Assembly (NCBI GenBank): GCA_030704615.1
Contig: CM060731.1
Location: forward strand, 67,766,001 to 67,830,000
Reading direction: 5' to 3'
DNA from: Takakia lepidozioides
Taxonomy: Eukaryota; Plantae; Bryophyta
DNA: 64,000 nucleotides
The notes under the pieces are model-generated. The model had not been told where the DNA came from and made no database searches. It worked only from the letters and a program-made list of their open reading frames with translations. Positions 56,150 to 64,000 of the stretch are shown piece by piece. The position numbers were made by a program, and so were the translations under genes. The stretch's first letter is position 1. Every line of letters begins with the position of its first letter.

Positions 56150-59100
56150 CAAGCAGATCAGTCCCCTTATGGCTCAGTGCCACATCCATGAGCTAAGCTT
56201 TCCCTGCGTGATTGATACAAGATGCACCATATTTGCCATCCCTCTTAATGTAGTAAGAGTCCTGGTCTTAAGCTATGCCCTGCTTCAGGAATTGAGGTTC
56301 TGATTGCTGATGGTTCAAGATATGAGCCTCTGGGATGAGTTACTGTGCCCATCAGGATTCACAAGAAAGAGGTGGTGGTAACCTGCATAGTTACGATTGG
56401 GGCACAATTCCTGTTAGGCCTTGACTGGAGCTGGTGCCACCATCAGCCTGGCAGACTATTCCCTTCGCTTTAGCAATGGTGAGGGACATGAGATCGTGAT
56501 TCCCTTGAAAGCAGTGAAAATCAAGGCTGGGTCTGCTACAGCCAATCTATCCAGAGTCCAAGCCATGGTCAAAGAGGTACAACAAAACTCTCACTCCACC
56601 CTCAATTGGAATGATTTTTACAAGTTTCAGCCTGATCTTCAACTCTTATATCAATGGCATGTTTCTAGTACTGGTGGTAAAACAATGATGCCCATAGCTG
56701 TTCCAAGGAATTCTACCCTGATTCGTGCACCTCTCAACATAACCATCCCTGCCATGACCCAGAAAGTGGTCAAATCTGGCCTGGCCTTCCTCTGTCCAAC
56801 TGCTCACTTCCTGGAAGTTGAAGGCTGGAGGAGATTGACTGCCCTTAAACATTGCCTAGTCGCCACATGTGTTCTAGATAGGGGATATAGGCAAGAAGTC
56901 AAGATTCTAATTGCTAACCCTGAGCGCTTCCCTGTGACAATTAAGAAAGGGCAAGTCCTGGCTCGCATCATTGCCTTACCCATTGCTGAAATACAAGAGG
57001 TGCAAGATGGCTTTGGACTAGAGGCTATAGGTATACAACATGGCCCTTGGATGTTGTTGTTGCCTTTGCTGCAATTGCACCACCACCAGTTCCTGATCTC
57101 AGTCTTGAAGGTAAGAAAGCCCTCGCCAAAGTGCAGTCTGAAATCAAGTTGGGTACCACCCTCTCCTCAGGGCAAAGAAAGAGAGTTGAGATGCTTATTG
57201 CAAAAAATCTAGATGTCTTCAGCTCGGGGTCCACTGATTTAGGACGCACTTCCATCCTTCAACATGACATTGTTACAGAAGGACCTCCTATCAAACAATT
57301 TGTTTACCGAGAGAGTGTCAAAGAACGTGCTATAGTCCAAGATGAAGTCCAGAAAATGCTTAATGCTGGTGTGATTAAGCTATCAGTTTCTCCTTGGGCT
57401 AGTCCTATTGTCCTGGTTGGAAAGAAAGATGGCACCACCCGCTTTTGTGTTGACTTCAGGAAACTGAATGACATCACTAAAAAAGATGCCTACCCTTTGC
57501 CTCGGATCAATGAGACCTTGGATCAATTGCATGGTGCTACAATTTTCTCCTCTCTTGATTTTGCATCGGGTTTTTGGCAAGTTCCTTTCATTGAAGCAGC
57601 CAAGGAAAAGACCTCGTTTATGTGTCGCATGGGCAAATACCAATATGAAACCATGCCCTTTGGTTTATGCAATGCCACCTCCACCTTCCAACGCCTCATG
57701 GACTTTGTCTTGGGAAATCTTCACTGGGAATGTGGCTTAATTTATGTTGATGATATCAATGTGTATTCAACCAGTTTTGAGACCCACTTGACTGACCTGC
57801 TTTCTTGGTCGTATCCTTTCCAATGATGGTTTGCTTTCTGATCCTGCTAAGCTTGAGTCTGTTTGGGGCTTTCCTATTCCCAAGGATAAACATTGTCCTT
57901 GGTCTGGCTTCTTATTATAGACGCTTCATTAGGAACTTTGCCAAGCTTGCCCACTCTCTAACCAAGGTATTGTGGAAAGATGCCAGGTTTGAATGGACCT
58001 TCTCCCAGCAAGCTGCCTTTGACACCCTTCGCAAGGCTTTGTGTTCGGCTCCCATCCCGATGTTTCCCAATTTTGAATTGTCTTTCTTGCTTCAGACTGA
58101 TGCATCAGATGTTGCCATCTCTGCAATCATATGTCAAATAATAGAAGGCAAGGAACATGTAATAGTTTATGCATCTCGCCGTCTTGATCGTCACAAAAGG
58201 AACTATTCCATATCTAACAAGGAGGGTTTGGCCTTAGTATTTGGTGTGAAGCATTACAGGCAATATTTGCATGGTAGCCGGTTTGTGGTGGAAACTGATC
58301 ATCTTCCACTTAAGGCCCTTGTTAAGCCAATGGAACTTCATGGCAGACTTGCTAGATGGGCTATGTACTTGCAGGAATTTGACATGGATATAGTCTATAA
58401 GAAGGGCAAGTAGAACACAAATGCTGATGCACTCACACGGGTGGATCCCCCTGTCAGCAGGCCTATGCTCACCTTGGATGACCTTGCTGCTACTGATGCA
58501 GCCCCTCCTCCTGATCCTGCCTCTCTTCTCAGCCTTCTTGTGCTGATCAGTACCCCTTGGCCTTGGATTCACATGGCATATTGGCTGCTTGGGGCTGGTC
58601 TAGCCTATTAGATGAGCCTGGTTGATTTATTCGTGTGTTAGTATGTGTGGTGGATCCATCGCTTAGCGAGAATTCGAATGATTTGGTTGAAGTTCATTGT
58701 TGTGTTTCAGCCCTTCTCTTTCCTAGGCCCCCGAGTTTGTTGTGATTCAGCTGCTGCACTCCGGTGTGACTATTGGCTTGAGCCTCAAGGCCTGATTTGG
58801 CTGTCCATGAGTAGTAACAAATGAGGTGAAGGTATCCCTAGCCGGAGATCATAGGTGCAGGCACTCCATACCACCTTCTCTAAAACCCATTGTCTACCTC
58901 TTATGTACTGCAGTGCAGTCATGGATGATCAGCTACGTGCTGCGCTACTCCAGTGATGCCAATCAGGGTGTTCGCCAGCTGGCCTTTCCGAGTCCTTGCG
59001 TAAACAAATTTTCTATCATGTGTCTACTCACCGTTTTATGGGTGATAAGCTTTTCAAGGAGCTCACTAGAGGGGGAGTGCCATGCTACTTGGAGGTGCCA

Positions 59101-59990
59101 CCACGGAGCCAGCTGAATGCTTTATTGGAGCGTTTCCATTGTTCCTTGTATGCAGGTCACCTTGGTATCAAGAAAACTGTGCATTCAAGAGGTATACTAT
59201 TGGCTGGGAATTCACCGAGACGTCACCGAGTTCATCTCTAAGTGTGAAGGTTGTCGTGCTAACATTGCTCTCCCTAAGGCCCGGATCTTGTATGAACTAC
59301 AGCCTTTGCCTGTCACCCATGCTTTTGCTCGTGTTGGTATTGACTTGGTAGGACCCCTCGCACTCACATCAAAGGGTCGAAGCTACCTTTGTGTTGCTAC
59401 CGACTACTTGACTAAGTGGGTAGAAGTCCGGTCTTTGCGTTCGAAGGCTAGTGATGTTGTAGCTCAGTTCTTCTTCAATGAGATCCTTATGCGGCATGGG
59501 TGTCCTCGGGAAATACTAACGGATCAGGGCAAGGAGTTTTGTAACCAGCTCCTCATGGTGATTTGCTTCAACTTTGGTGTTAAGCATCCACCACCGCCCC
59601 ATACCATCCCCAGACCAATGGCCTCACAGAACGCTTCAACCAAACTCTTTGCCGAATGTTGGAGACGAATGGCGCACTTACCAGGGAGTGGGATACCTTT
59701 CTTCCCCCTATTCTCTTTGCTTATCGCACCGCCGTGCATGCTAGCACCAAGAAGACTCCTTTTGAGTTGTTGTATGGTTGCAAGTGTGTTTCTCCTTTGC
59801 ATTCTACCCCTCTTATCTCTACTGTTGCCGATTCGGTTGATCTTGAGACCTTTGTTGAGGATCTTCATGCTCGGCATGCGGTGTCTATCCATGATGCCAA
59901 GACGAACATTGGTAAGGCTCAACTAACCCAGGCCCGTAATTTTAACAAGCATGTCAAGTATTCTAACTTGTTTCAGGTGGGACAGACCGC
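56150..59990 (+). pseudogene. pol (PR, dUTPase-like, RT, RNase H, integrase), disrupted
   Basis: Motifs spread over ORFs 56040, 56421, 57047, 57805, 58996, 59117 and 59656 with frameshifts and stops. Confidence 0.9.
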
Positions 59991-60029
59991 GTGCGTTCGA
60001 TTACAACATGGCAAGCATGCATGCAAATC

Positions 60030-61187
60030 TAAGCTCACACAAGCCTTTTTCTTCCAATTTCTAGCTTAATCACACAATTAGCACCAAATGTCTTACTAGT
60101 AGCCAACTTACCAAGACATGCACAAGCAAACAAGGTGCAACAAGAATACAAATGCGGCCTTCGTGATGGAATCCTAAACTGTTATCTTGCATTTACACTC
60201 CAAAATTAGGATGAAATCTCTAGAGGAATCTTACGGTCGTCGTGGCTGGTATGTCCACCACTAAAGTTAGTAGTGGTTTTGAAATGCTCTTTTCTTTTGG
60301 GTATTTGCTTAGAAAATGGACTAACTTTATGCTTTCCTTGAACACTTGAATGTTCATAGAGGAAATGAGGACATTCAAGTACTCATGACAACCACGCACA
60401 ACAATCTGCTCCCACCCTTGTGCTCTCTATGCTCACCACCCTCGTTAAAAAAAATGCATACACAAGCCTCTTTCCTTCTCAATTTCTACCTTAATCACAT
60501 AAAAAGTACCAAAATGTGTTACTTGTAGCCAACACATAGACATGCGGAAGGAAAAAAAGTGCAACAAGAATGCAAATGTTGGAATCCTAAACCTTTATCT
60601 GGCCTTTTCTTACACTCCAAAATTAGGATGAATCCCTAGAATTTTGCAGCCGTCATGGATTATACATCCACCACAATGGTTTTGAGGTGCTCTTTTCTTT
60701 TGGGTATTTGCTTAGAAAATGGACTAACTTTATGCTTTCCTTGAACACTTGAATGTTCACAGAGAAAAGGAGGACATTCAAGTACTCAGGGCAACCAAGG
60801 ACAACAATCCGCTCGCCATTCTTATCTGTCTATTCTCACCACACACATCAAAGAAAATGCATACACAAGCCTCTTTTCTTCTCAATTTATATTTTAATCA
60901 CATAAGCAGCACCAAATGTCAAACTAGTAGCCCCACTACAAAGACATGTTGAAGGAAAACAAGGTACAACACGAATGCACATGTGACCTTCGTGATGGAA
61001 TCCTAAACCTTCATCTTGCCATTTTTTACACTCCAAAATTAGGATGAAATCTCCGGAATCTTGCAGCCGTCGTGGATGGTACATCCACCTCCAAAGTTAG
61101 CAGTGGTTTTGAGATGCTCTTTTCTTTTTGGTATTTGCTTTGAAAATGGACTAACTTCACTCATGCTTGAACACCTTGAATGTTCAT
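60030..61187. repeat. Diverged tandem repeat, ~2.8 units of ~400-425 bp
   Basis: acacaagcct at ~60036, ~60460, ~60863. ttacactccaaaattaggatgaa, gaaaatggactaactt and ttgaatgttca each occur three times. Confidence 0.9.
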
Positions 61188-63119
61188 GTCCAAGGAGACT
61201 AAGGAGGACACCCAATTACTCACCAATGTACATTTTTCTTCCAAAGAGAAGAGAAGCCCCTACCAAGGTTGGCATACGGGGGAACCCAATGTAGTATGCA
61301 TGACGAGAGTATGAAATGGACATCAGCCGCAATACAACGCATATCACAGATATCTAGTGAGAATGAAGAGAGAGAATCAGCAGAGTCGCAACCGCCCTAT
61401 GCACACAATATAAATAGGCCATGGAGAGATCAGGCCTTACTCGAGCAGCCACATTCCGGGTGAATGTGTCTCATGTGCAAAAGAGAGTGGTTTGATTGAG
61501 TGTTGGGTCCATGAAATGGGTAAAGAAAGGGGCAATCTCCTTACATCGGGGCGTGGAGATCGGAGGCGGAGGGCCCCCCCACAAGACAAGCAGCCTGCCT
61601 AGTTGCGGCTTGCTTGCTTTTGGTTGCAGTCGTGCGCTGGTGTAGCCCACCTTCCTCTCCCTTTGAATGTTGTATGACATAGGCATGGCGTAGCTGGGCA
61701 TCATGCACGTGCCTGATGCATGCATGGAGCAAGCTCACTGCCAAAGCCTGAGAAGAGGGTGGCCACTTGCTGTTGCAGATTGTCTTCTAGTTGGGATGTT
61801 CACTTTCACATATATCATGTACTGTCTATGGTGCCCCCTATGATAGATTGGTTGCGTGCATGGCTGATGCAGTGGGTGATAATTCAATGGCGTGACCCCA
61901 GAATTTGAGCAGTAAGTGACACATAGACGAAGCAGGTGTGCGTGGGGTGTTGTGGGTGTCCAGTTTATGTCAGACTCCACATTCAAGGGTCCACTTCTTT
62001 GACCAAAGATAGGCAGCACACATTAATGCACTCATCATGCACCCTTGGTCCAGAGATTGACGAAACAGATGGCCATGCCTGAGCGCAGTGATTATGGCAT
62101 TCAAAGCAGCAGCAGCCGAAGAACAAACCCCCACAATCAGTGTCCTTTGCAAAAGAAGAGAAGAAGGTACACCGATCTGGGCCCGGAAGACCGTTGCATG
62201 CAATACCGTTTGTTTGTTTGCGACTCTATATCGGCGGAGGGAATGCCTTATATAACTAACTTTGGACTATCCCGGTAGCCCTGATGAGTGTCGGGGTGGC
62301 TACCTTGAGCCTGAATCTGCATGTAGGTAAGGCCTTGCTCAATTTCACAATGCGTGGGCAAACTAGCTGAGAAGTGAGAATACCAGGCCGAGATGGGGTA
62401 CCTACCTGATACTCTCCAAGTCCTGAAAATAACCAAGAACAGATCGCTAGGGGCACATTACAGGACTACTTCTCATTACAGGAGTTTGATCTCAGCTCCA
62501 GCAGCCTCATCTACCTTGCAACACTTCACTACACGGACAATACATTCCAGTGACTCCATTTTCCTGTTGTTGCTATATATGCGTTGCCTGGTCTTTACCT
62601 CGAAAAAGCAGCTAGAAGAGAAGAATAAATATGCATCCCCAGTAGTTTGAGAATTGAAATCAACGAAAGAGGAGTAGACATGTAGAGGAGATGACCTTGC
62701 CCATGGCTGGCCAATGCTTAACCATTTGCCATGATGGTGCAACCTACTCTTTCATGTTGGCTTTGGTACAAATGGCTTCTTGCGTGCTCAATCACAGTGG
62801 AAGAATGAACAAGAAGTGTCAACCCTCCATTCCGAAGAAATGCTGATGACAGCTCAGACTCAAGTGTCTGATCATACCAAGCCTAGAAAAGCAAAGTCAG
62901 AACGTCAGAACCGTCTCTGTTTAGGTTTTGGAGCTACAAGCAGTGACTTGCTTTTGAAATAGCCGTTCCAAACTGCAGTAAACTTGAGTGCATTCAAGTT
63001 GAGGTGTTAGAATGTCTCGAGAGTTAGGTGGACCTCAATCAGATCCGTATATCGCCTCCTCCATTTCATGTTCTTGTTCCTGACTGTGGACCTTCTTTGA
63101 CTTCGTAAAAGTGCCTAGT

Positions 63120-64000
63120 CAACAGAACAGTTGTTTGCAGTAGCCTTGTGGCCCTAGACCCCGCACCCAGTTTGGGCGGACCAAAAGGGAAGTAAAAATA
63201 AGATAAAGGGTAAGTATGACGCCTCCCGAATGGTGTCACTTGACCCAGAAGGGCTACTGCCTTCCAGCTGAAAGGTGGACACCTTCATGACACACCAGAC
63301 GGTGGTTTGAACCCACAACCACATCCAACGTGGCATGTGCCCATTACCACTGGGCTACATGCTGGTTGTCCCAAAAGGGAACAGAAACTACCTGCTAACT
63401 CACCTAGTGTGACAGAGACCTTTAGTTCGGGTTTTACCCTCTCACACAAGCATCAACTTGCTCTGTGTGAACTGCCCAGCAATTAGACCCCATCAGGCCA
63501 GAGCTTTAGGCACACAGCCTCAAGATTCGAAAGTTGGTGAACAGTGGTGCAGGGGCAATGTTCTTGATTGTTCTGAAGAGGCTCACTGTCCGGTGAGAAT
63601 AACCCAGACTGTGTATCAGAAAAAGGATGTTGTCTGCAGGTTGCCTGCAGATCGGGCAGTCTCCTCGTCTCCTCTTCCTCTCTGTATCTGTTTATTGCTC
63701 AAAGGTAGGCTTCCTGCCCTGAGTTTGATTCTCAGTCTGGTGCCGCGGATCGGTAGGCCCATGAGATCATCCTTAAGGTCCTCGCCCATGTCAAAGGTTC
63801 AGGGAAGTTTTATGCCTATCTTAAATTTCATTGGAAAGTCTTGACATATCTTTGGACAACACCCTCACGTCAGCTTCATCTGGTGTGGTCATTTCTTCTG
63901 GACTAGTATTCAGATACTTGAAAATCTCTTTCTATCAAGACTTAGCCTGTTTGTCAGGATGATCTTGCTTCCAAGACAAGGCATCAAATATCTTCACTTA
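63120..64000 (-). mobile_element. Fourth copy of the RTE/RTEX-like LINE (ORF2 C-terminus + 3' UTR), runs off the window end
   Basis: 63750-64000 matches 8750-9030; 63455-63745 matches 13213-13510; 63140-63190 matches the 13.6 kb 3' module. Confidence 0.88.

Larger units (their letters stand above)
54028..59990 (+). mobile_element. Decayed Ty3/gypsy LTR retrotransposon (5' LTR-PBS-gag-PR-dUTPase-like-RT-RH-IN); 3' LTR not found
   Basis: Gypsy domain order. Gag CCHC CYICGSFEHWTKHC; PR VIDTR..LLGL; RT SPWASPIVLV..RFCVDFRKLN..MPFGL..YVDD; RH TDAS; IN GHLG..CEGC, IDLVGP, LTDQG. Confidence 0.92.

Noticed and set aside
61200-63100. Possible decayed coding sequence
   Set aside because: No motif I could assign in any frame; left unannotated.

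Overview
Eukaryotic land-plant nuclear DNA, probably from a non-seed plant such as a bryophyte (inference only). Two host genes converge. On + is a 14-exon NO VEIN (NOV) gene (7483-24464, about 2884 aa) with a sacsin-type GHKL ATPase and a C-terminal DUF3883 PD-(D/E)xK domain. On - is a HAM/SCL6-type GRAS transcription factor with an intronless CDS (26379-29753), a perfect miR171 site and two further candidate miRNA sites. Most other recognisable sequence is transposon-derived. It includes a CACTA end carrying an FCP1/NIF-type HAD-phosphatase pseudogene, and four pieces of one RTE/RTEX-like LINE family, three inside NOV introns and one an open EN-RT frame bounded by (GA)n tracts. There is also a near full-length decayed L1 plus two L1 3' fragments, two hAT-type non-autonomous elements, CACTA and gypsy remnants and a ~410-bp tandem repeat. 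A decayed Ty3/gypsy element has a tRNA-Ala PBS, a U UUA AAC + hairpin frameshift signal and a dUTPase-like domain between protease and RT. No rRNA, true tRNA or CRISPR was seen. All calls come from manual reading; no searches were run.
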